DNA of 64,000 nucleotides, taken from positions 85,686,001-85,750,000 of the forward strand of contig CM052817.1 of assembly GCA_028534125.1 (NCBI GenBank). Direction: 5' to 3'. Positions within the stretch are counted from its first letter, which is position 1. Every line of letters begins with the position of its first letter. This document shows positions 39,310 through 51,307 of the stretch, in pieces. Under the pieces are notes generated by a model. The model saw only the letters and a list, made by a program, of their open reading frames with translations. It made no database searches and was not told the DNA's origin. A program made the position numbers and the translations under genes. The stretch is from Lama glama (lineage: Eukaryota).

Positions 39310-39430
39310 CATGAGGCTAATGCTGTGGTGGTAATCACTTTGTTATATATATGTATCAAATGAACACATTGTACACCTTCAGCTTACACAATGTCATATG
39401 TCAATTATATTTCAATAAAACTGGAGAAAA
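39310..39430 (+). mobile_element. L1MA/MB extreme 3' end
   Basis: tgtggtggtaatcacttt..cattgtacaccttcagcttacacaatgtcatatgtcaattatatttcaataaaactggagaaaa. Confidence 0.8.
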
Positions 39431-40434
39431 GCACAGAGAAATAAGCATTGTCTAATATTAAAATGCAAGGGAGTGACCTTTTAGTTTTAATTATATATTT
39501 TGTTTATATGCATAGTGTGATAGTTATTTGATCTTCAAGTCCTCTCCAACTGTGTCTTATTTTGTTTAAAGAAGAGGTAATCAATTCAATTATAGTTGAT
39601 TTTATTTTGAAGAACAAAGTCAAAATGATAGATTGGAAAAAAATGGGATCAAGCAGATTACATAAACTATAAAACAAAACATATTTTCTACATCATAGGA
39701 TATAATTGACAGAGTCTGATTTTCCATAATTGTAGGATAAGGATGTACTTTTTAACCTTATCTTTTTGACTTTGTTGTTGTTGGAGAATAAGGAGGGAAG
39801 AATGTTCTGTTTAAAATTTTTTTGTTTAGCTTTTTATGATGGCTCCCTAACTAAATAAATGTAACAATATGCTTTACAGTATATTTCATGAAATGTTAAT
39901 CTAAGAGGAGTGCCCTGAAAAATGGATCCTGTGATCAAAAAGCACACTACTCGATGAACAGTTTGAGAAGTTAGTATTGTTTTACTCATCATATTTCTAT
40001 TTGCAAATCATAAATCTGCTCTGCACAACACTATTTAGAAATGCATGGACTGATGTTCTGTGGAACACTCTTTATGAAAGTTTCCTGTACACTCTTAGTT
40101 TGAAAACCTCTGATCCCGCTCTCATAAACAAAGCTAAGTAGAAACTCAGTGAAGTCAGTTATCACTTGTTAAGAGTTAAACTTTTTTGACTAATCACAAA
40201 CAAATCATATTATTTTGCAACATTAAATTTGAATAATCTCTTTGCTTTTTCACATTATCTGGTTTGTAAATAACTGAATTTAATTTTTATTTGGCACAAC
40301 AGCTAGTCAAAGCATCAACCAACATTCTCCTTCTAATTAACAAAGAGTAGGGGAAATCCAGGGATCAGTTAAAGAAAAATGATTAAATTAAAACACACAT
40401 TCATACTGAAAATAACACTTGGTAAATTGTCCTT

Positions 40435-40589
40435 CTCTTTTTTTATTTTTTGTTTTGTTTTGGATTTTTGGGGGGAGGAGGTGATTTGATTCATTTATTT
40501 ACTTATTCTTAATGGAGGTACTGGGGATTGAACCCAGGACTTCATGCATGTTAAGCACGCACTCTGCCACTGAGCTATACCCGCCCCTC
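40435..40589 (-). mobile_element. tRNA-Ala-derived SINE of camelid (vic-1-like) type
   Basis: Minus strand GGGTATAGCTCAGTGGCAGAGTGCGTGCTTAACATGCATGAAGTCCTGGGTTCAATCCCCAGTACCTCCA with A and B boxes, followed by an AT-rich segment, a C-run and an A-rich tail. Confidence 0.9.
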
Positions 40590-41229
40590 TGTCTTACTGA
40601 TTTCTATGGAAGATGTTCCTTAACTCTAAGATTGAAATTACCTAGAAATGTTTAGATATTGTTTACCATGCTAGTTTTGATTTCCAGAAAATTGAAGTAC
40701 TTCATGAGGCACCAAGGGAAATTTTAAACAAACTTAAATCTAAACATTTATGAGCTAAATATTATTAAATGTCAAGATTTTTAATTTACTGTACTAATAT
40801 GATTATTATTTGCCTTGATGGCCAAAGGTTATCATTAGAAACATAAACCGCTGTCATAATGCTGTGGTAAATGACACTATTTTACCCCACCAATGTATTT
40901 TGACTGTTTTCCCTTTACTGAAAATTCCAAGATGTTTTATGTCTATTGTCTTGATTTTAACTGTTTTTGTATTCTTACTTTCTCTACCACCTATTTACTC
41001 AATGACTCTCAGGCCTGCATTGACTATTCTATACCTAGACTGTCTCTGTACAGCTCGAGACTGGAAGCTTTAAACAAGACTTTCTCAGACTCTCTTTCAT
41101 TTAGACTCTATCTGAGTTCTTCAGGAAGATTAGCTAAAATTACTGTCTCAGATTCTGTATTGTGTCATTTCACAGATGGGAGTAATACTATTGGGTTTCT
41201 ATGCAACATTCTTTTAGGAATCACAGGGG

Positions 41230-41760
41230 CTTTCCTCCACCTTCATTAAGGAATTTACAATCTGGCAGAAGAGAAAGACAATTAAGTATGCAATTACAAT
41301 TGGGGTTTTAAATGTATTATAAAAAGTAGCATTTGAAAGTACATATTAGGGAAACAATGCATATCATATTTTTCAGGAAGGTTTTATCCAAGTGAAATTG
41401 TGGCCAAAGGGCAAAGTGTCTTACAAAACTGATTCATATTGAAAGCATAGTGTGTTCAGAAAGAACACAGGGAGAGAGTTGAAAATTCCTCCAAGAGTGT
41501 AGTTTCATATGGCTTACACAATAGTGTGATATGGTAGAAGATGGAGCAATTTAAGGGAGGGTAGGTGTGTCAAGCCAAGTTTAAAATTAATTATAAGCAG
41601 AAATAACTTCAAGCATGGATGCATTATAATGACATTTATGTTGTAGACTAATTATTCTGACTGGCAATTGAAAATTTATTTTGAGTGAAGCAGATTATGA
41701 AACAAAGAGAACACTGAGGGACTGACAGTGAACACATAAGACAATGACTTCTCACTAACA
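41230..41760 (-). mobile_element. Degraded L2
   Basis: aaggaatttacaatctggcagaagagaaagacaattaa..ttattctgactggcaattgaaaa. Confidence 0.5.
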
Positions 41761-41911
41761 TCTACTCTACTTTTATTTTTTTATTTGAAAAACAGATTTT
41801 GTTACAGATTTTTTTTCTTTATGAGATTTCAGAAATACTTTTCAGGTAATTAAATATAAGTTTGTTACATTATTTTAAGTTGCTCCATAATATTTCATAT
41901 AATAAATCACT

Positions 41912-42820
41912 GTTTTTTTAATATTATTGTGGTAAAAACACTTGATATGAAATCTCTCCTCAACAAAAATTTGGATACACAGGACAGTACTGTTAACTAT
42001 AGGTACAGCGTTGCATGGTGGATCTCTAGAACTTACTCATCTGGCACATTTGAAACTCTGTATCCTTTGAATAGCAACACTTTCCTCCACCCCACCCCTG
42101 CCAACACCATTTTACTCTGTTTCTGAGTTTGACTACTTTAGATACTTCATATAAGTGGAACCATGCAGTTTGTGTCCTTTTGTGATTGGCTTATTTCACT
42201 TAGCATGATGTTCTCCAGGTTTATCCAAGTTATAATATATTGCAGGATTCCTTCTTTTTTAAAGGCTAAAGAAGATTCATATATATATAAATATATACAC
42301 ACATATATGCATATAGATAATGTTTTCTTCATTCATCAGTTGGTGGCCACTTAGATTTGTTCTCATAGCTTAACTACTGTAAATAATGCTGCAGTGAACA
42401 TGGGAGTGCATATACCTCTTCTAGGTCCTGATTTCAATTCTTCTGGATATATACTCAGAAGTGGAATTGTGGGGTCGAATGATGACTCGTAGGATGTCAA
42501 GAATACAATATAGAAAAAGGACAGTCTCTTCAACAAGTGTGTTGGGGAAACTGGATATCACATGCAAAAAAAGAAAAAGAAATTGGACTTTTTTCTTTCC
42601 CTATACACACACACACAAAAACAACTCAAAGTGGATTAGATTTAAATGCAAGATCAGAAATTGTAAAACTCCTAGAAGAAATCATCTGGGGAAAGTTTCT
42701 TGGCATTAGGCTTGGAAATGATTTCTTGGATATGACACCAAAAGCAAAATTAGACAAGTGGGACCACATCAAACTAAAAAGCTTCTGCTCAGCAAAGGAA
42801 GCAATCAACAGAATGAAACA
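41912..42820 (-). mobile_element. L1MA-like element with an inverted 5' segment (antisense 41912-42485, sense 42490-42820)
   Basis: Minus ORF ITWINLENIMLSEISQSQKD (L1 3' end); plus ORF CWGNWISHAKK..GNDFLDMTPKAKLDKWDHIKLKSFCSAKEAINRMK (ORF2). Confidence 0.85.
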
Positions 42821-45800
42821 GATTTTTCTTGATATCCTACAATCCTTCCAACTTATATTTTAATTAATCTATTTTAAATTGGGGTTATGCACCTTATTAC
42901 TAAAAGAATACTATTAAATGCCAATTGTTCCAAGTACTCATATAATCATAGCCTGTCATGTCCTTGTAGGTAGAAACGAAGTAAATGTTTTGATAAAATA
43001 TTTTCGAATTAGTAAAAATAGTGTTTACACATTGATTGATTGAGGAATAAGGGAGCAAAAAGTAGAGTTGACTGTTTTATATTTTAAAGAACATTCATAT
43101 ATTTTTAAAATATTTTATTAAAATAAATATATCAAATTAAAGATTTTACATAGGTTCTTCAATTTAATGCTATTGTATAGACAATGAGAAGATAGATATA
43201 CCAAGACTGCTGATTTTATTAATTTGGTGGTACACAGGTCCATTTTTAACATAATTAATATTGAGCATCTAGTTTCCAGCTCACTATACTCAACATTCAT
43301 TAGTATTTAGGAAGTTTGGCACTATCAGTCTTGAAAGTTAGCTTCATTGATTTATTTGGTGGAAAATCCTGTGTGCAAAATTATCTACTCCACATGCAAA
43401 CGTAAAATCCACATGATATGACTTGTTGCTACATTTTGCATAATGTTGTGCCCTCCAGTATGTTACTGTGTGTATTGTTGGAGGTAATCAAGCTCAAATT
43501 GAAACTGCTGAAAAATTTTAAAAAGTATTTGTTTTAGAATTCTTGAGAATTCAAATGACAAGATTATTTCAGCTGACTTTTTGTTAATAAGGATAAATGT
43601 CTTGGTTGGTAATTGAATATCTAATTGAACTTCCATTTTAAGTTTTCAAAAGGTCATAACAAAGGGAAGCCTGCAATTATAATAAAGGACAAAATAAAAG
43701 GTGAGAATAAAGTAAGAACTGCACAAAATTTAGGAATGTGTAGAATTTTAAAAACTATCTAAATTTCTCTGAATAAAGAGTCCCCAAATAATAATATTGG
43801 CATCTTAATCGTCTAATGTAACACTTTCAGGTTTTCTCTGTATGGATAAAATTGCCCAGACTGTTTCTTTAAAGATCCACTATGATCAGTTATTCCTAAA
43901 CATATGTTATTTATATTTACTTATTTAGAATATTTATATATATATGAGATTCCTTGAGCATTCATTCAACGCAATTTTGAAACATCTTCATGTCAAAGCA
44001 CATTTCAAACTAGCATATCACAGCATTCTGTAAAAAATAGCACTAGAGAAAATTCCTAACACATTCAGTCCTTACACGATGAATTGTGGTTCCAGATTTC
44101 ATCAGTGAGTACCTTACCTTTAAAATAGACACCAATACAAATCTATTACCAAAGAAAGAAAAGGTTAGGCACCTGTTTTTATTCAAAACTAAAAAATCTT
44201 TGAAGATAAGAGAACAAAGGAAATGACCATTACAAAATCAAAGACATATTACTTTCAAGGTGAATTTTCAGATAGTCTCAAGTAATAATTTGAGATGTAG
44301 TTTAATTACTTAATGTTGAGGTAAAAAATGATTTATACTACCTGAGGAGTCTCATGTATATTTCACATAACATTTTGCTCTAAAATCAAATTTTAAAGCA
44401 CTCTATAAAATGTCATTTTATTAAATTGTTAATTACTCTTATGTTATCCATATATTTCTAATTTCTACTTTTTTTTTTAATCCTTAGCTCCTGAATATGG
44501 TGTGAATTTTTGGTATTTGATTTTATCTTCACATGTCAATCACAGTTAATTTTTTCTTGTAATAATTTATTCAAAATTTAATTTTATGTATACTCAGGCT
44601 CATGTTTGCCCTCAATTAACTCCCACCTGTTTTATTCAAAATTAAATAACCTAAGTTCTATATATAAATGTCAAAATACTTTTATTATTTTTCTACTCTC
44701 CTTTTAGAAATCCTGTATGAGCTAATATTAAGTAGAATTAAACACTTTCTTTATCGCTTTCTCAACATGATTTTTATTTCAAAGCAGTATACTCCTAGAA
44801 TTAAAATTGAATGCCTGGTGCAGAGTACAATATAATTGACAAACAAGCATTTGCCGAAAGGTTTTTGAGAATATTCTGAGTTTGAACGTTCATTATTGTG
44901 GTACTTAGCTTAATAGTTTTGAGAATTCTGACTCTGGTTCTTGGGAATATCTGGATTTTAAAAAAAAACACTGTATCTCTTCAATTTATTCCATCCATTC
45001 CTTTTCTAGTTATAATTAAAATTATTATATCAAAACCCATGACCGGTTATAAGACAATGTATGTCTGAAAATTTTCTCGGTGTACAGTAAGGTAGGTGTA
45101 GAGAAGTCAATCTTGGATTCACTGAGTCTGACCTAGTATTGATTAGCCTGACTATTGTCTTTCTTTCCTTTGATGAAATTACCCTCTAAAAATACTACTA
45201 ACAATGGTATTAACATAGTCATACTTTTAATTTAAAATTATATATTCACTTACTCTCTACTTTCCACCAGACAGTAATATATTTATTATATTATTGCAGT
45301 CTTATAATTACCCATGTTCATATGATCATAACATGGTTTCTGATATCACTTCTATTTTGATTTTTCTTTCTATTAATACATTGCCCCATTATACAAACCT
45401 TTGTCTTCCAGTCTTTATATTTGGAAAAAGAGATAGAGAGACAATTAAGGCACTATCACTGTCATCAGAGAATTTAGTCTGGTTGAAGTGATTGAAAGGA
45501 AATCAGTATTTAGATAAATATAACATTATTTTAATGTTCTTGCTGCAATCTGATTCCTTTAACACATTTAGATTATTAAATTAGGGAAAAGTGTACAAAG
45601 TTTCAAAAACTTGAGGATATAACTGCATTCTCATCAAACATGCTGAATATCACTATAATGAAATGTAAACTCAGGTATAAAGCCAAGATCTGTGGGTCAT
45701 GATAAAATATTCTTATGATGATATCATTAATAAAATTCCACTGTATTTTCTCTAATTATACATCCCACATATATCTAAATGTGAGCAATATATTAACACA

Positions 45801-45939
45801 CTCTGTTGATGATTTTACTTGGACATTTCCAAGTCCAAGGAAGATCATTTCTTTCAGATTTTTTGTCTTTAGTATATTAACACTGTTCTAAAAAAGGCTA
45901 TCCCCTAGTTTGTTAATATTGTTATAAAAATGGATTCTC

Positions 45940-46500
45940 TAGCTAGCCAAGATGGAGTGACCAGTACAGGAATATATATCCCAGTAAAAACGAATATATA
46001 AACTGGGGAATATACATGGGTCAGCTATCTTCCAGTGTTATTTAATGGGTAATTGGAATTTGATGCCTGAAAGAAGGAAACAAAGCATGTTGAACAATCT
46101 ATATATCTTGGCTTTATACCTGAGTTTACCTTTCAGATTGTAGTTTAGGAACAGAACACAGTGGTATCACTGAGCTGGAAACGTAGAACTTGGGTTTCAG
46201 GGCTGCTCACGTGGCTTCAGTTTGTGGTGTTAGGTTACTAGCAAGCAAGATGCTGTTCAGACAAGGCTCACTAAATATTCACTTAGGGATCTCTTTTTAC
46301 TTCTGGCTGGATAATAAGCTGCAGATATACAAGGACATATTCCATGGGGCCTGACAGAGGACAGTTACCAGAGAGCACGGACCCAGATGAAAAGTTGAGA
46401 AGTCAAAAAGTGGTGGCAGAAATGGGAATTTTGATGAAAAAGACTGCAGAAACCTCACTGAATACACAGGAACTCAACTGAGACAAAACCAAGTTTTGTA
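45940..46500 (+). mobile_element. Old L1M 5'-end fragment
   Basis: gccaagatggagtgaccagtacagg..cctgaaagaaggaaacaaa..cactgagctggaaac. Confidence 0.55.
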
Positions 46501-46519
46501 TAAGGTTATTTTAGGAAGC

Positions 46520-46725
46520 GTGAACTTTAATGTAAACTGTGGACTTTTGATGGTTGTAATGTGTCAATATAGGTTCATCAGTTGTAACAGAGGTACACTC
46601 TGAAGGGGGATGTTGATAATGGGGGATTATGCAGGAAATCTCTATATACATTTCTCTCAATTTTTCTGTGAACTTAAAGTTGCTCTAAAGAAGTAAAGTC
46701 CTGAAAAAAAACAAAATAAAAAAAA
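46520..46725 (+). mobile_element. L1MC/MD 3' end with A tail
   Basis: gtgaactttaatgtaaactgtggacttt..ctcaatttttctgtgaacttaaagttgctctaaag. Confidence 0.8.
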
Positions 46726-47090
46726 TGTGGTAGAAGTGATGCTGCATGACTTCCAAAGTTATATCATAAAAGGTTACATAGGCCTTATGCCTGGCTTTTT
46801 GTCTTGGAGCACTTGTCTTTAGATCCAGGTTTTATGTTGAAAGAAAACCCAATCTATCTCTACAGTCAGAGGCCCTTGAAGAATGAAACTGAGGCCCCCA
46901 GACAACAGACCAGACAAGTGCGTGCAAAACTTCAGGTGATTCCAATTCTTGGTCTTTGACTCTTCAGCCCAAGGCCATAGAGACAATAGAATTTATACAA
47001 GGGATCCCCACTCTGCCCTTTTCAATGTTCTGAGTGATAGGAATAGTACCTGACTATTTAATGGCAATAAGTCTGGGAATGATCTGTTAC
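46726..47090 (+). mobile_element. MaLR LTR (MLT1F/G/H-like)
   Basis: gtggtagaagtgatgctgcatgacttcca..aactgaggcccccagacaaca..ttcagcccaaggccatagagaca. Confidence 0.7.
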
Positions 47091-50062
47091 AATGCCTCAG
47101 GTATATCCCATTTTTGTACCTAGCATCGTCACTGTCCAGTTTCACTTCTTTAATGACCCACCTGAAGTTCCATTTTCCAACAACAAAATAACTGCCTTGC
47201 ATACAGCACTTGTCATTTTCTTGCTTCATTGTACATAATTGGTAAGAATCCCTGTCCTGCATTCAACTTTCTGGCTACCCTGTATGTGCACCTGTATAGC
47301 AGATTATGCCTGGAGATACGAGAAGCTCAACCACGTTGACTGATCTCATCTTTAAATCATCACCACTAAGTCCAGTGGGTCTTTAATATATGTTCAGAGC
47401 ATTTAAAAAGAAACCATTTTATCGTATCATGTGTAATAATGTGGACGTCTTGGATTCTGCCTGACACAGTGAACATTACAACTTATGTTTAGATCTTATT
47501 TGTATTGCTGTCCTCCAGTGGGTAACAGTTTTGATCCCCTCTTTTTCTATAACTCTGTGGAAATTAATATAATTAAATTCTGTTTTATTAAAATGTTTCT
47601 TAATTTTATAGTACAGTGTTAACAGGTCTACAGCATCACCTCATGATTTCCCTGTTTCTTAATTTCTTTAAAATCATATTAAAATGAAAATAAAGCAAAA
47701 CATTCACTACTTAAATTTTTGTGCAGTTTCACCAAAAGAAAATGGTACTACTAAAAGGAAAACAAAGCTATATTATTTTACCTAAGAAAAAAATAAAGGA
47801 TCATAAGATAATATAATATGATATTATCTAGACCAAATATTGTGGTAAATTACAAGTGATTACAATTTTTATCTGTGAATCATCTACCTCTATGCAGCAT
47901 GTTAATTCTAATAAACAAAAGAAGTATTCAATTACAATCCCAATTTTCTATAAAATTTAGTTTAATATAATTAAAACATGCATTTTTAGTAATGCAGGAA
48001 GAGTAAAAATCGTACAACTTAGTAATATAGCAAAATATTAAAACATAAAAATTATTATGTTTTGAGCCATGTGTTTCCTTATATAATTGCCACATCCCAT
48101 GAAGCATACTGAGTTCTATGATATTTGACCTAGGAGTTTCCACTTATCTCAGAAAAGTTTTACATATATAAACTCTGCAAAATCAATATTTGATCATCAC
48201 TTCTCTGTATTTTACTCTTTATAATAAACTACATGGAATTAGAATTTTTTCTAATTAAGAGACGCAGTTTCCAAAACTCCACATAATAAATTATTATAAT
48301 AGAGACATCTTGCTTGTACAGGTGAGATGCCAGGGAAAGACAAATAGTCTAAAGTAAAAAATGATAAAGGGAGCTCACAGAGATATACATCAGGCAAGTC
48401 AAAAGCTTCATGGTTCAGTGAACGCTCCTGGCAAAATCATTTAACACATAGTTTTAAAGCATTACAGAAAAAATATTTTTACTCTGCTTAAACAGAAACT
48501 ATGGTCTAGTGATATATTATATATTGTTTGATTGATTTCTTTTAAAATTAGCAGTATATTAGGCTGAAAATGGAGAGGCAATAGAAGTGTTAACATAATT
48601 TATACAGGCTGCAAATGTTCTGTAGTTTTATTCATTGCAGGAATAAATCTATCCCACTGTTTGAAGCTATCAATTAAGTTGATGGCTAAAATTCATTAAA
48701 ATAGATGTATAGCATGCTATTCACGACAAGCAAATGCCCCATCTATCACTACTAACTAAATGATTGTAAGAAAAAAAATGATATAGAAAAAATGGCACTT
48801 CAGCTTTCAATTTTTATCAGATTAGAGAAAGAGAACATGGTTAACTTACATTGTAAGTAAGTACAAGACCCCTGTAAATGTTCCTAGAAATCTCAATGTG
48901 TTTTCTTAACTTACTTCACTATTTTAACTAGCAAATCTATAGAATCTTAATTTGTGCAAGCACATATAAAGCAAACACTTTTTAAGAAAGACAATAAATC
49001 AAATAATAGTATTTTCAGCTAAAATAATCCAAATTATTTCTTGTGAAAATTTTTCCGTTCATAGTTTTAAATGTTTGTAAGGCTGAAGAAAAACTTAAGT
49101 GACAAAAGTTGTGATAAAATATGTTAAAATATATACATAATATGATTGAAATATAATTGTTCTCACCATTTTATTCATGATATTAAGATCTAGAGAGAGC
49201 AACTGTTAGCCCATAATTACCAGATCCTATTCTGAATTAAGATTTTAACTCAAATCTGTATCACTTAAAAACATATGCACTTTCTCAAGTGTCTTGTCTC
49301 ATGTAAAACCATTTTGAATTATATCAGTAAGATTAGCCATCAGAAAAAGAAGAGATTCTTCCCACAAAAAAAGCTTTATATAATTTCTAAGAAAAATATT
49401 GTATTTCACAAAACTTTCATTAACTATTGCTTTAAAAAATGGAAATCATGATACTATTTCACTATAAAGAAAATTTTAATTTACCTATATAGTATCTGTT
49501 GATTCTCTTTTGTGTTTTTAAACTAAAAGTTTTGACTGCAATACTATCCAAATTGTATTATTTTAAACAAATGTTTATTCTTCTTTTAATCTGCATCACT
49601 GTTTTTTGTTTTGTGAGGAAAAAAAAGTAGTACTAATAAGGGGTTATATTTCTAAATCCAGATTTTTCTTTTGATTCATTTTTCTTCCTACTTACTCATT
49701 TTTTTCAAGTCTTTCTTCTCCATTTCATTCTTCTTTCCAAGCTCTTCAAGAACAAAGAAGTATTTCATATGAGAAATACATGCTCTTGACATAGTACGAG
49801 AATTAGAGGTTATTGATTCCAGCATACTTCAATGTAATATTCTTTGAGGTGTCATTTTTGGGTGCATATTTGAATATTTTAGAGACAAGATGTTAATTAT
49901 CACCTGAAAAACTCACACTCCTATTGGGCAGTTTTTTGTTGTCCTTACAGCTCTTGTTTAAAACTATTTTTCTAGTGACTCAAAAATATCACTTTCTGTT
50001 ACCTCTCTGTTGACAATGTGTGTAGTTCTATCTACTAGATTGACACCAAACATGTGTTACAT

Positions 50063-50577
50063 TGTATTGTTGTTCAAAACACTTGCTGCTCTTCCTGAGG
50101 AGGGATTATCCTGCTGCACCCTATCAATGTCAATGTTGGCAGTGTAATTTGCAGGGTTCTCTGTGCAGAAGGATTATGCTTCCATTCCTGCCCAATTATC
50201 TCAGTCTTAGTCATTGTGATTTGTGATGATCCACCCAGAAAGAAAGAAAATTATATATCCTTGGAGTTTGAAATCCTAAGAGGTCTTGTAAATCATTCTG
50301 GCCAGTGATATTTGTGTGGTGGGGATATGTGTCACTCCTAAAGCTTTAAAAGCAACTCACACTTAACCTTATCACTTTACTCCCTCTGCCAAGCAATTCT
50401 CCCACAGAGATTCTGCTCCATCAGCGTGAACTTAGAGGGAGGATAAACTTAGAGCAGAGATGCATTCATTTTGCAATGGGCATTTAGCATAAGATAAATA
50501 AATTGTCTTTTCATAAACCATTAAGCTATAGAGTTGCTTGCTAACACAATATAGCCTATTATACCCAGACTAATACA
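50063..50577 (+). mobile_element. MaLR LTR (MLT1E-like)
   Basis: Starts tgtattgttgttcaaaa, contains gagggattat..tctgctccatcagc..aaataaattgtc, ends gactaataca. Confidence 0.75.
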
Positions 50578-50907
50578 TGTTATAGCTGAAATTTCTTAAA
50601 ATCAAATTTGGAACAAAATAAACCAGTTTAGTGTGGCACAAAATTCTTTATGATGCAGAAGTGATGTGACCTGCTTTATTCTGAACGTCAAGGCTTTTTG
50701 TTTGTTTGTTTGCTTTTGTTTTTTTGAGATGGTATCCATATACTGAGAAATAAAATTTTTGATCAAAGAAATTTATCTAGCCATTTCACTTTATGGCATT
50801 GTGATTTATTTTCTTTTTCATGTTGCAATCATTTATGCTGGTACTATAAGGTCAGAAATGATGCCTGTATAAAGATACATAATTTCAGTCAAACTGATTT
50901 GGGGGAT

Positions 50908-51307
50908 TGTATTAGTAAGAGTTATCCAGAGAGACAGAATCGATAGAGACAGAACCTCTAGAACCATAGTCAGGCTTATCCAGAGAGAGTGAATCAATAT
51001 TGATTATAAGGAATTGGTTTACACAATTGTGTTGGCTGGAGAGTCCAAACTCAGCAGTGGAGGCCAGAAGGCTGGATACTCAGGAGAGCTAATGGTGCCT
51101 ATGACTTCTGAAGACAATCTCCTGGAGAACTCCTTCTTGCTCTGCTCAAGGAGTCAAATAATATATATATATATTTTTTAATTCAAGCCTTCAGCTGATT
51201 AGATGAGGCCATATTATGGAAGGAAATCTACTTTACTCAAAGTTTGCTGACTTACATGTTAATGTGATCAAAACCCCCTCCAAGTTGACACCAATTTAAC
51301 TGTCATG
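50908..51307 (-). mobile_element. MLT2 (ERVL) solo LTR with degenerate 5-bp TSD (gggat/gtgat)
   Basis: tgtattagt..ccagagagacagaa..ttataaggaattgg..gattagatgaggcc..ccaagttgacac. Confidence 0.8.

Noticed and set aside
40513..40584. tRNA-Val(AAC) or tRNA-Ala gene
   Set aside because: Followed by a SINE body and A-rich tail, with stem mismatches; it is a SINE head.
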